Source: a virus
Taxonomy: Duplodnaviria > Caudoviricetes
DNA length: 50,942 bases
Virus record (IMG/VR): IMGVR_UViG_3300007509_000009
Location: 1 to 50,942 of that record
Strand: one strand, 5' to 3'
A model generated the notes under the pieces. It searched no databases and had not been told where the DNA came from. It worked only from the letters and a program-made list of their open reading frames with translations. Of the stretch, positions 25,309 to 34,326 are shown piece after piece; position 1 is the first letter of the stretch; every line of letters starts with the position of its first letter. A program made the position numbers and the translations under genes.

Positions 25309-26175
25309 ATGACCAACAACGTAATCATCGCAACGCTCAAGATCAGCCAGTGGTATCCGCGTAAGTACGACGCCAAGGCGAGCCGCAAGGTCGCCGAGCT
25401 GTTTGGGCAGAGTGCCGCCAGCGAGCTGGGCCGATTCAACAAACTGCTGATCAACATCGACTCGATTAAGCCGCTGCAGAAAGCGTGTCGCGCAGTTCGG
25501 GCAACGCACTACGACATGACCACGCCCTGGACCGACAACGGTCAGCGTGCCCTGCCGGTGGCCCTGTACAACGATTACTGCAAGGTGATCGCCGAGGCCA
25601 AGGCCGAGGTTGACAAGCTGGCCGACGAGTTTGCGCTCGGCACCTACGCGCTGCAGCGCGAGCAGGCTGCGGTTCGGTTGGGCGAGCTATTCAACCCAGA
25701 GGAGTATCCCTCAGCCGCCGAGGTGCGGGCAAGGTTCGGTGTCGAGGTGAAGTTCGCCCCGGTCACCGACCCGGACGTAGTCCGGTGGAAGCTGCCACAG
25801 GCGGACGCCGACAAGATCATCGCCGACGTGAAGGCGGATCTTGAGAAGACCACGGCAGCCTCTCAGGAACACGTTGTCCAGACTGTAGTGTCTCGGGCGA
25901 AGGAGTTCGTTGAGAAGCTGAAGAAGTGGGAGGACGGCGACGCCAAGCACCTCCACGCAACTGCGGTGGAGAACCTGCGGGACATCACCGACCTGGTGGC
26001 CAAGGGTCTCAACGTGACCTGCGACACCAACCTGACCGACATGGCCGCTGAGCTGGCCGACCGGATTCAGGACGTCCACATCGATCAGCTGAAGCACGGC
26101 GAGGCCTTGCGGAAGCAGAAGATGCGCGAGGTGGACGCGGTGCTTGACCAATTCTCGGGGGTGTTCCCGTCATGA
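25309..26175 (+). CDS. Helical partner of the AAA/vWA module (DUF3150-like), 288 aa
   Basis: TTPWTDNG.R.LP and LGELFNPEEYPSAAEVRARF motifs; synteny. Confidence 0.65.
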   Translation: MTNNVIIATLKISQWYPRKYDAKASRKVAELFGQSAASELGRFNKLLINIDSIKPLQKACRAVRATHYDMTTPWTDNGQRALPVALYNDYCKVIAEAKAEVDKLADEFALGTYALQREQAAVRLGELFNPEEYPSAAEVRARFGVEVKFAPVTDPDVVRWKLPQADADKIIADVKADLEKTTAASQEHVVQTVVSRAKEFVEKLKKWEDGDAKHLHATAVENLRDITDLVAKGLNVTCDTNLTDMAAELADRIQDVHIDQLKHGEALRKQKMREVDAVLDQFSGVFPS

Positions 26176-27416
26176 GCAGCGAAGCGAAAGCAATCCAACA
26201 GGTAACTCGGGCCAGGTCCTTCCTGGTCCAGAACTACCAGTTGTTCGGCAGCCTGGCGCTGCGACAGAAGCTGGTCTCCACGGAGGTGCTGCCGGGCGGA
26301 GCCTTCAACCACACGATGGCGACTGACGGTAAGCACATCTTCATCAACCCCGAGTGGACCCTGGAGCGGAGCAAGGCCGAGCTGGTCTTCCTGGTGGCGC
26401 ACGAGGCGCTGCATCCGGGGTTCTGCCACCACCTCAGACGAGGTGACCGGGACCCCGAGCGATGGAACATGGCCTGCGACTTGGCGATCAACCCGATCCT
26501 GGTCAAGGCTGGCCTGACCATGCCCGAGAAGGGCTTGCTGGACTGGCAGTACGCCGGAATGAATGCGGAGGCGATCTACAACCTTCTTCCTGAGAGCCAG
26601 GCCGAGGAGGACGGGGAGGAAGAAGGGCGCGGCCAGGGAGCCGGTGGTGAAGGCCAGGAGGGCGAGGGCCAGCCCAGCGAAGGTGGCGGAGAGAGCACGG
26701 CAGGCGCTGTGGGAGACGCTTTCACCGACGATGCCCGGGGCCAGGTGATCGACTCCACGACTGCCGCGTCGCCCGCTGAGCGGTCTGCCGAGGAGCGTGA
26801 GTGGAAACTCGCGGCCAGCCAGGCTGCACAGTTCGCGCCGGCAGGCTCGGGCAAGGGCATGTTCCAGGACACTTTGAAGGCGGCCAATGAGGCTGTCTTG
26901 GACTGGGGCGAGATCATGCTGCAGTGGCTCACGCAGACCACGCACGAAGACTACAGTTACGCCAGGCCTAACAAGCGGTTCGTTGCGCAGGACATGTACC
27001 TGCCGAGCCGACACTCTGAGGACCTGTCGCCATGGTTGTTCATCATCGACGTGTCGGGCAGCCACATGCGCGCCGCGCCGAAGGCCATCGCTGAAGTTGA
27101 GCGGGCCATGAACGACCTCACCCCGGAGTGGGTGGATGTGATCTTCCACGACGACTACGTGCTGGACGAGCCCTTGCGGTTCGAGCCGGGCGACGAGGTT
27201 GAGGTGGACATCCCCCACGGCGGGGGCACGAGCTTCGCCCCAGTCTGCGACTGGATCGCGCAGTCAGAAGAAGAGTATTCGGCAATCATCTGGTTCACGG
27301 ATCTTGAGACGTGGGACTGGGATGACTGCCAAGCGCCGGACCAGCCGCTCATCTGGGTGGACTGGCACGGCAAACTGAAACCACAGTTCGGCGACGAGCA
27401 TGTGATTGTCACTTAA
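26172..27416 (+). CDS. DUF2201-type metallopeptidase-vWA protein, 414 aa
   Basis: TMATDG, VAHEALH (HExxH), WNMACDLAIN; MIDAS DVSGS, GGGTSF, WFTD. Confidence 0.9.
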   Translation: MSSEAKAIQQVTRARSFLVQNYQLFGSLALRQKLVSTEVLPGGAFNHTMATDGKHIFINPEWTLERSKAELVFLVAHEALHPGFCHHLRRGDRDPERWNMACDLAINPILVKAGLTMPEKGLLDWQYAGMNAEAIYNLLPESQAEEDGEEEGRGQGAGGEGQEGEGQPSEGGGESTAGAVGDAFTDDARGQVIDSTTAASPAERSAEEREWKLAASQAAQFAPAGSGKGMFQDTLKAANEAVLDWGEIMLQWLTQTTHEDYSYARPNKRFVAQDMYLPSRHSEDLSPWLFIIDVSGSHMRAAPKAIAEVERAMNDLTPEWVDVIFHDDYVLDEPLRFEPGDEVEVDIPHGGGTSFAPVCDWIAQSEEEYSAIIWFTDLETWDWDDCQAPDQPLIWVDWHGKLKPQFGDEHVIVT

Positions 27417-27434
27417 TATGGAGGTCTACAGACC

Positions 27435-27983
27435 ATGAGAACGATTGATTTAAACACAGTGGGGGACAGAGCCCCGCGCCCGGCGAACGCCAGTAAACTG
27501 CGAGCGTTGTATGACGCGGTTGATGCGATCGGAGGCAGCGCCAACATCGCTGAGGTCATCAGCTATTTGCCCTGCACCGACGATTACGAGTTGAAGTGGA
27601 AGGGCAAGCCGATCAAAGTTGACGGGGTTCGCAAGAACCTCGCAGACGCGGTGCAGCGTGGATACCTGGTTCACAACACGGGCGGGCGAACGGCAAATTC
27701 CCGCTGGAGCATCGCGCCGGGCGCATACTTCAAGGTTCGCTACCTCGCGATGTCGCGAGCTAAGGACAACCTCAGAGTGAAGGTGGTAGCGGAACAACCG
27801 CAGCATCAGCCCGGGCTTGAGGTCCGCGAGCCGCACTCGGTGCAGCCGCTCCCGTACCATCGCCAGCCGGTGGCTCAGGAGGACACCGAGGCCGGGTGGG
27901 AGAAGGTCAAGCAGGCGGGGGTCGCCGCTCTGGCCATCCTCGCAGCTTTCGTCTTGGGGATAATCGCAGCTGGGCAGTTGTAG
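27435..27983 (+). CDS. Possible winged-helix protein with C-terminal membrane anchor, 182 aa
   Basis: GGAGG RBS; VRKNLADAVQRGYLVH...RWSI; terminal AGVAALAILAAFVLGIIAAG. Confidence 0.6.
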   Translation: MRTIDLNTVGDRAPRPANASKLRALYDAVDAIGGSANIAEVISYLPCTDDYELKWKGKPIKVDGVRKNLADAVQRGYLVHNTGGRTANSRWSIAPGAYFKVRYLAMSRAKDNLRVKVVAEQPQHQPGLEVREPHSVQPLPYHRQPVAQEDTEAGWEKVKQAGVAALAILAAFVLGIIAAGQL

Positions 27984-27992
27984 GGAGGACAC

Positions 27993-28223
27993 ATGCAATA
28001 TCCGCCAACCGCAAAGGAGTTGCGGGAGTGGTGCGCCGACAAGGGCCTCTCCCGACGCAAGTGCGTCAGTTTGTTAGACGTGGGTCCTCAAACCGTGTCC
28101 TCGTGGCGGGCAGGTCACAGCACAATCCCGTACTCGGTATGGGTTGTGCTGCGCCTGTTCGCCGCCGACTCTCCCGAAGAGATTCAGGAGGTTGTGGACG
28201 ACGTGAGAGCTATCGAGCTTTAG
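27993..28223 (+). CDS. XRE/KorC-like HTH regulator, 76 aa
   Basis: PTAKELREW...GLSRR...LLDVGPQTVSSW...IPYSVW; last gene of the early unit. Confidence 0.75.
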   Translation: MQYPPTAKELREWCADKGLSRRKCVSLLDVGPQTVSSWRAGHSTIPYSVWVVLRLFAADSPEEIQEVVDDVRAIEL

Positions 28224-28885
28224 AGGTCGCCCGCGAATATCCACGGAACGACGACGGTGCCGCTCACGAGAATCTCGGTGGTGACACCGTCGTCGATGTC
28301 CGCCGCGTCAATCAGGACGGTGAGGTTCACATCCTCAGCTGTGGAGCTGCCGTTCAGCACCAGGGTGGCCGCATCCGCTTTCAACGTCTGATCCGCCGCC
28401 GCGTAAGCCGCGAACGTGATGTCCGCTGCGGTGCAGATGTCGTCGTCGGTGGCATCCGTGCCCAGGGCGTCGGCGTTGGCCGGCAACAGAGAACCGATCC
28501 CGATCTGCCCTTCGGGCGTGGCGTCGGTAAAATCAGCCTGCTTGCCGCTGGCAATGCTAAAGTCCAGGTTCGTCGCATGAGCGCCCAGGACGTTGATGTA
28601 TCCCTCCGGGAAGGTGTACAGCTTGAATCCGCCCACTCCGTTACCCGTGGTGACCGACACAACCGACAGGGGCGTGTTCGTCAACGTGAGCGTGGTGATG
28701 TGGACGCTGCCCATCCCCTGCTCCCGGGCCACGATGGTAGATCCGTTGACCGAGCCAGCGCCTGTGCCGGGCGGGTCAATCGCCAGGTGCTCATTCAAGA
28801 GCAGTCCGTGATCTTTTGAAATCGCAAAAATGCGACCCCAGATAGATCGAAGGGCATTATTTGCGTAGTCGTTACCTACAGCCAT
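28220..28885 (-). CDS. Beta-rich putative virion (head decoration-like) protein without signal peptide, 221 aa
   Basis: AGGAG RBS; Thr/Asp/Ala/Gly-rich jelly-roll-like composition. Confidence 0.6.
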   Translation of the reverse strand: MAVGNDYANNALRSIWGRIFAISKDHGLLLNEHLAIDPPGTGAGSVNGSTIVAREQGMGSVHITTLTLTNTPLSVVSVTTGNGVGGFKLYTFPEGYINVLGAHATNLDFSIASGKQADFTDATPEGQIGIGSLLPANADALGTDATDDDICTAADITFAAYAAADQTLKADAATLVLNGSSTAEDVNLTVLIDAADIDDGVTTEILVSGTVVVPWIFAGDL

Positions 28886-28930
28886 TGGTCATCTCCTGCT
28901 GTGCTTATTGCTAATGGAGCCGAGAGCACT

Positions 28931-29299
28931 CTACAGTGCTGGATTGGAACATACAATCTCAGCGTCTATGTCGGCGCTTGCGCCGGCCACGCTGGTCACC
29001 GCAAACCGGTAGCGGGTTGTGGCGTACACGTTCAGAGGAATTGCCCCGGAATCCCCGGATGACCAGGTTGACGTGGTGTCCACGTCGTACCAGTCACCAA
29101 ACGAGTTCTGATATTCCAGGACCACGGTGCCGCTGTCGTAACCCCCGCCGCCGTCGTTAACGGAGACGCGGGCCGAGCCGGTCAGGCACAGGGTGGTGGC
29201 AAACTGACCGTTGGTGGTAATGGTTTGCCGCGCCGCCAGACTCGGCAGCGACGAGAACGCCAGCACTGCAGCCAGCGCGGTTACGGTTACCTTAATCAT
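28931..29299 (-). CDS. Secreted small beta-sandwich protein, 122 aa
   Basis: ATGA coupling; signal peptide MIKVTVTALAAVLAFSSLPSLA; 2 Cys in the mature part. Confidence 0.75.
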   Translation of the reverse strand: MIKVTVTALAAVLAFSSLPSLAARQTITTNGQFATTLCLTGSARVSVNDGGGGYDSGTVVLEYQNSFGDWYDVDTTSTWSSGDSGAIPLNVYATTRYRFAVTSVAGASADIDAEIVCSNPAL

Positions 29300-30723
29300 C
29301 TTTCTGGACACAGTGGATCTCCTGTTGCATCGTCTTTCCAGCTTCTGATGGGCTCCAGCGTCGAGCAGCTGGGGCCTTCCGAAATCGAGAATATGTGGGT
29401 CTCATCCGCATACGGCGTGCCGGCGCTTTCATCCAGCATCTCGCACTGCAGCTCGCCGCTAGAGGTTGACCACTCGTAGCCGCCGTCGTCATTCAGGAAT
29501 GACAAGGTCCCCGACGTGACGTCGCATCCATACCAGTCGCCCACCTGGTAGGGAGACACCCAGATGCCGTCCTCACAACCAGTTCCCTGAATGCAGGTTA
29601 CCTCGCCAGTGTGCGTCCCACCAGGCGCGGTGGTGACGTTGTTTACCTCGGTGGCCGCCGTCGCGTTTGGAGTACCGACAGAATCCTCGGCTCCGCACCA
29701 AATGTCATAAGTCGTCTCCACCGTGAGGCCCGTGACGGTAATCGCCGCTGCCGCCCCGCTCGAAACATTGAGGTGGCTGAATGGGCCGCTGACCACGCCC
29801 GTGCCTGTGCCAGCTTTAAGGTTGGCATATGATGGCGTGTTGCCGGTGCTGTACGCCGAACAATAGTGGTCAATGGGGCCTGTCGCATCCGTTGCCGTGG
29901 CGGCGATGGCGACCGTGGTAGCGGTCTTATCGCCTTGCGCGGGGGCGCTCGTGTAAGCAGGGGCATCGCTTTCTGCAGCGGACTCGGCAAAAATTATGAC
30001 CGTGCCGTATGCGGCGCTACCGCTATCGGTGGTAGTAAACGTCTCGCTCTGGGAGGCGGCGCTGCTCACGACCTCCGCGCTGACTCGCAGCTCGGCTGCG
30101 CCATTGCTTGCGCTGCCGGGGCAGGCAGCCGCGTCACCATCATTGAAACTGGAACTGCCAGAAATCGAGGGGCCATCTGTTCTCCAAGCGTTGCAGTTGG
30201 AGGCCCTCCAGCCGTAGATTACCAAAGCGTTGGCAGTTGAGTTCGTGGCAGACCCCGTTGAGAGACTTGTCACGCTTCCGCAGCCCTCGTTTTCTCCCGA
30301 CGCATCCACGCCGGTCAAATCCAGATCCGTCTCGTCGTATTCCTGCATTACTCCGGCTATCGTGTGAAATACATCGCTAGTGTGTGCGTCATAGCTAAAG
30401 CTTGTCTCTGTGCCATCCGACACTTTCCACGCCACCCCACCTCCGGCGCACCCGTTTCCGCCATCGTAGGTCTGAATGGCCGTAAATCCGGTGGGCAGCG
30501 TTTCAGAGCGGCTGATGCCTCCGGTGTTTTCGCGGACGACCCAATGAAACACCAACAAGTGTCCACTGGTGGGTGTGCTCCAACCATCGCCTGAGTCAAT
30601 CGTGAGGCTTTCGGTGTTGCTGCCGTCGTAGGCTGTCTGTACAGGCGTGGCGCTGATCGCCGCCTGAGCGGGTACGACTGCCAGCAAAGCGATACATCCA
30701 ATCAGCAGTTTAATCATGTTCAT
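29296..30723 (-). CDS. Secreted Cys-rich fibre/adhesin-like protein with FN3-like domain, 475 aa
   Basis: ATGA coupling; signal peptide MNMIKLLIGCIALLAVVPAQA; 12 Cys in the mature part; VTGLTVETTYDIWC. Confidence 0.78.
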   Translation of the reverse strand: MNMIKLLIGCIALLAVVPAQAAISATPVQTAYDGSNTESLTIDSGDGWSTPTSGHLLVFHWVVRENTGGISRSETLPTGFTAIQTYDGGNGCAGGGVAWKVSDGTETSFSYDAHTSDVFHTIAGVMQEYDETDLDLTGVDASGENEGCGSVTSLSTGSATNSTANALVIYGWRASNCNAWRTDGPSISGSSSFNDGDAAACPGSASNGAAELRVSAEVVSSAASQSETFTTTDSGSAAYGTVIIFAESAAESDAPAYTSAPAQGDKTATTVAIAATATDATGPIDHYCSAYSTGNTPSYANLKAGTGTGVVSGPFSHLNVSSGAAAAITVTGLTVETTYDIWCGAEDSVGTPNATAATEVNNVTTAPGGTHTGEVTCIQGTGCEDGIWVSPYQVGDWYGCDVTSGTLSFLNDDGGYEWSTSSGELQCEMLDESAGTPYADETHIFSISEGPSCSTLEPIRSWKDDATGDPLCPER

Positions 30724-32735
30724 TTGCACGCACTCGATGGGCAGGCGTCGTTGGTCAGCGTGGCCGCTGGGTCTGTGCGAATGAACGGCAGCACCCCCGT
30801 TTTCCACACCTGATCTGGCTCACCCCACGGACCTTGAGCGTAGTCGAAAGTTTCTATCCAAAACAAATGTGTGCATTTGACATCGTCGTTGCACCACTGA
30901 ACAAAAATTTCAGGACTATAGCCACCTTGCTGTCCAACCCAGTGCCCCTGTCCGAGCTGGTCACCTCCTACTCGGTAAATCATGGGGATGATCCCGGTCG
31001 GGTCGTCTTGCTTTATTGAGTTGAACGTGCGGATGGGATGCGCGTCAGCCGTCAAATCCTCCAGGCCATCGGGGCAGTCCGGGTCTTGGGGACCACTTCC
31101 CCAGGGCTGGTTAACGCACAACGGCGGCAGGTCTGTGTTGCCGAGCCCAATGTCGTTGGCTTGCGCCCAGGCCACGATGTCGTCGTGATCGTCCTGATCA
31201 CCAATCGCCCAATTCAAATTCAAAATCACGCTCGTTCGCGGGAAGTAGCTTTTCACGCCAAGGGCTAGAGCCTTGAGTCCCTCGCGGTGGCCGGCCACGG
31301 TAAATCCAGGGGCCCGGCCTCCGCCCGCCCCTCCCACGGCGCTCTCAAGATTGACGATTACGGCTTCCAGCCGTGGGTGCGAGTCCAAAGCCTTTCCCAT
31401 GGCTTGCCAAAACTCCAACAACTCGGTTCGCACGTTTGAGTTCCACATTGCCAGCCCGTGTGAGCTGTTGTTGGTGCGGTCACAAATCGTGTCGGTGGGG
31501 TATTTGTCCCACATCCACCCGGGATGGACGAAATCGTAGACCGGTTCAACCTCGCCCTGGAAGCCGTCCTCGGTTGTCGGGCAGTAGACGTTGGCCCCGC
31601 CGTATTTTTGGTCGTGGAACCAAAAAATCATGTGCTTGTCGGTGTCCAGCGTTTCAAGAAAATCCAGGTCCTCGCGAATCTCCTCAATGGCCGGGCCGTA
31701 CCCCCCGTCAGTGGGCTCCAGCTGGCCCCAATGAGTGACGAACGTGACCCCTGCGAACGCGTCCTCGTCGTAGTACGCCCAATGGTTCTGCCGCCTGCGC
31801 TGATGATCCTCGTCAAAAATGACCATCCCTTTACCGGCCTTTGTTCTGCTCCCCAACCCGACCGTGTACACGTAGTGGCCCGGGTTCCATTTTTCGGGCA
31901 TGAACACGTCGTCAATGTCAATCAGGGTGGGGTCGTCGGCTGCGCGGTAGTCCACAAAATTGATCTTGGCCTTGGCCCCGCGCCCAGTACCCGTGCCATC
32001 GGCATACCAGCGCAGGATGTTGCTGTCGCCCGCGTCGTTGTAGCACGTTGAGATTTTTACCGGGTCGCCAGCTTCGCCATCCCACTGGTGAGACAATGTC
32101 AGCGTATCCGCCGAATAATCTTCTCCATCCATGATGCACAGGTCCACGCCAAGGGTGTTGATGCCTGCCGCTGCCTCTGCCGGCGTGTCAAAGTCGCAAC
32201 CCGAGGAACACAAAGTCATCACGGTTCCGGTGAGATCGTTGCCCCCGCCCCCGCCGCCCGCAAGCGTCGTAAAGGCGTTGGTCGCCTTCAAATACTGCTT
32301 GCGATTCGCCTTCCACTTGTGACTGCAATATCCGGTGTAGCTGGTGTCGGCGCTTAGCCCCGTGACGCTGAAATCATGCACGCCCGCAGCGGAAACGGCC
32401 TCGTTGTCGCATCGGCTGCCGCCGCATACCCCGCTGCAGTTCTGAACGTCTTCTGGGGACGGGGCGCTGGCGGAGGTCAGGGCCGCGCAGTAGTAAATTG
32501 TCCCCGACCCTTTGTTGGTGTAGCAGTTGGCCTCAGACGCTGTGGCCGTCAGGGCGCTACCCGATTCAACCTGGTCTAGGGCGGGGGGGCACGGGGACTC
32601 ATCCGTAGCAAACGTGTTGATGTCCGCAACAAAGGTTTGGGTGTGCGTACAACCCTTCATAGCATGACGGGTAGTGCCGGAATGGGCCGACGCCGCGAAG
32701 AGAATTAACAGGCAACCCAATATTGTGAGGCGCAT
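30720..32735 (-). CDS. Secreted FN3-like plus glycoside-hydrolase-like (TIM barrel) protein, 671 aa
   Basis: Signal peptide MRLTILGCLLILFAASAHS; VTGLSADTSYTGYC; KWNPGHY...WGQLEPTDGGY...HPGW...LDSHPRLEAV..ESA clan GH-A-like pattern; 20 Cys in the mature part. Confidence 0.75.
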   Translation of the reverse strand: MRLTILGCLLILFAASAHSGTTRHAMKGCTHTQTFVADINTFATDESPCPPALDQVESGSALTATASEANCYTNKGSGTIYYCAALTSASAPSPEDVQNCSGVCGGSRCDNEAVSAAGVHDFSVTGLSADTSYTGYCSHKWKANRKQYLKATNAFTTLAGGGGGGNDLTGTVMTLCSSGCDFDTPAEAAAGINTLGVDLCIMDGEDYSADTLTLSHQWDGEAGDPVKISTCYNDAGDSNILRWYADGTGTGRGAKAKINFVDYRAADDPTLIDIDDVFMPEKWNPGHYVYTVGLGSRTKAGKGMVIFDEDHQRRRQNHWAYYDEDAFAGVTFVTHWGQLEPTDGGYGPAIEEIREDLDFLETLDTDKHMIFWFHDQKYGGANVYCPTTEDGFQGEVEPVYDFVHPGWMWDKYPTDTICDRTNNSSHGLAMWNSNVRTELLEFWQAMGKALDSHPRLEAVIVNLESAVGGAGGGRAPGFTVAGHREGLKALALGVKSYFPRTSVILNLNWAIGDQDDHDDIVAWAQANDIGLGNTDLPPLCVNQPWGSGPQDPDCPDGLEDLTADAHPIRTFNSIKQDDPTGIIPMIYRVGGDQLGQGHWVGQQGGYSPEIFVQWCNDDVKCTHLFWIETFDYAQGPWGEPDQVWKTGVLPFIRTDPAATLTNDACPSSACK

Positions 32736-32747
32736 ACCGTGCTCTCC

Positions 32748-32945
32748 TTACAACTCGTCGATGGCGTTCTGGGCTCGATCCGCGAAGGCGTCCAGCTCCT
32801 CCGGGGTCGGCTCCCTGTTTTCGGCCTGAGTCGCATCCCACAGCGCCTTCACGCTGGCGAACGCAATGCCAAGCCGGTTGAGGCCCGAGAGCGCGAGCAA
32901 TCCCAACTGGACGGCCTCCCGCAATTCCTTGTTTCTGTCGCTCAC
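32748..32945 (-). CDS. Small amphipathic lysis-associated protein, about 65 aa
   Basis: GTGA overlap with the lipoprotein stop, GGAGG RBS; REPTPEEL motif. Confidence 0.6.
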   Translation of the reverse strand: MSDRNKELREAVQLGLLALSGLNRLGIAFASVKALWDATQAENREPTPEELDAFADRAQNAIDEL

Positions 32946-33349
32946 CGTTCTGCCTCCAAATGCCACATATACCGCTCAACGGACCCGAGCAGGGCGCGAG
33001 CCTCGGCCATCAGGACCTCGGCGTTGCGGTGGTTGCTGGCGCGCACTGCCGCACACTCGTCCGAGGTGAGGTTGGCCGCGCAGGTCGCCCGGTAGGCTGC
33101 CGCGTAGGCCTCTTTCGCCGCGTTGTTCTTGTTCTGGGCATCCTGCAAGGCCCGAGCGATCCGCTCCTTCTGGTCGGTCTGCATCCAAGAGCCGGCGGCA
33201 CACGAGCCGCCTGGCTCGGTATTGCCGCACGCCTCATGGGTCCAGTCGGCGGCTGCCTCGATGCCAGCATAGACGCCGGCAATGGTAAGCCCGCCGGCCT
33301 GACAGGCAGACACCAACGCCAAAACCGCTACGACTAATAAGGTTCTCAC
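32942..33349 (-). CDS. Lipoprotein, possible spanin-equivalent, 135 aa
   Basis: Lipobox VSAC after a hydrophobic core; follows holin and endolysin; 4 further Cys. Confidence 0.75.
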   Translation of the reverse strand: MRTLLVVAVLALVSACQAGGLTIAGVYAGIEAAADWTHEACGNTEPGGSCAAGSWMQTDQKERIARALQDAQNKNNAAKEAYAAAYRATCAANLTSDECAAVRASNHRNAEVLMAEARALLGSVERYMWHLEAER

Positions 33350-33573
33350 TCGGAGTCTCCTGTGAGCTTGTTGACCTGCTTTCTGAACCAGTTGGCTTGA
33401 AAGTCTTTGAAAAAGGAGATGATCACCCCGAGTCCGACAACAATCAGAGCGGCCTGGGAAACCTCTGACAGCTCCGTGACCCCCTCTTGTGACAGCAACG
33501 CTGTTAAGGCGGTTGCTCCGTTGATGATGGCAGCTGTGGCCGCCCCGACAATGACTGACGATAGGTTCATCAC
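33346..33573 (-). CDS. Probable two-TM holin, about 75 aa
   Basis: Two hydrophobic segments and a basic C-tail, next to the endolysin. Confidence 0.6.
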   Translation of the reverse strand: MMNLSSVIVGAATAAIINGATALTALLSQEGVTELSEVSQAALIVVGLGVIISFFKDFQANWFRKQVNKLTGDSE

Positions 33574-33689
33574 GCTACTCCGACTGATTGTGTTTTCGGG
33601 CGTGCCCGCCCACAGACAAAACGTGTAGATTTTCTACCACATGGAGGCCGGATACCAGCATGTCTACTCATGTAAAGGCGGGCAAGTTT

Positions 33690-34028
33690 TCATGCGACCC
33701 CATTGTGAAGGAACGAAAAGTGGACGCCGTCTCGATTACGGAACCGCCCACCCCACCTGGCCAGCGGGTGCATACTTTCCCACCTCTCACCGAGCGTCTG
33801 ATAAACATCCCAGTCCCAGGTAAGTTTGCCGCCCTGCATCGCAAACAGATCCAGCGCCAGCCTCTTGCAATGGTTGCTGTTGACGATGCCCTTGCCGGCA
33901 GCCGCATAGATCTCGGCTTGCTCCTTTGTCCTGAACGCCTCCCCATAGATCACGGGGTAGCCGTTCCTGAAGGCCCAGGTGATTAACTGGCTAATGTGCA
34001 GGGCGAAGTCGGCCTGTTTTTCGTTCAT
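33690..34028 (-). CDS. Endolysin, peptidase M15 family, 112 aa
   Basis: EAFRT.EQ, SNHCKRLALD (SxHxxxxAxD), WGGRF, DGVHF. Confidence 0.9.
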   Translation of the reverse strand: MNEKQADFALHISQLITWAFRNGYPVIYGEAFRTKEQAEIYAAAGKGIVNSNHCKRLALDLFAMQGGKLTWDWDVYQTLGERWESMHPLARWGGRFRNRDGVHFSFLHNGVA

Positions 34029-34038
34029 TGACTCGTAG

Positions 34039-34326
34039 TCAGTCAAGGCCGTGTAACTCCATCTCGATCTCAGCGATCTCGTCTTCCAGCTCACGGATGG
34101 TGGCCTGGCGGGCCGGGGAGTATTGCTCACTGGGAGAGTACGACTCGTAGTTCTCCAGCTCTCGCTTCGCCCGCTTCGCGCCGCGCAGCTCGGCCTTTAG
34201 GCTGGTGCCAATGGGCTCGTGCCTGGCATCCAGGTAGGCCACCAAACCTCCGCCGGCCAAAGGAAGAATCACCACGGCGACCAAGTAAGAAACCGCGTTG
34301 CTTTTGACGTGCTCAATCGTGGTCAT
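34039..34326 (-). CDS. Single-TM coiled-coil protein (lysis-associated), 95 aa
   Basis: TM segment YLVAVVILPLAGGGLVAYL followed by coiled coil. Confidence 0.65.
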   Translation of the reverse strand: MTTIEHVKSNAVSYLVAVVILPLAGGGLVAYLDARHEPIGTSLKAELRGAKRAKRELENYESYSPSEQYSPARQATIRELEDEIAEIEMELHGLD

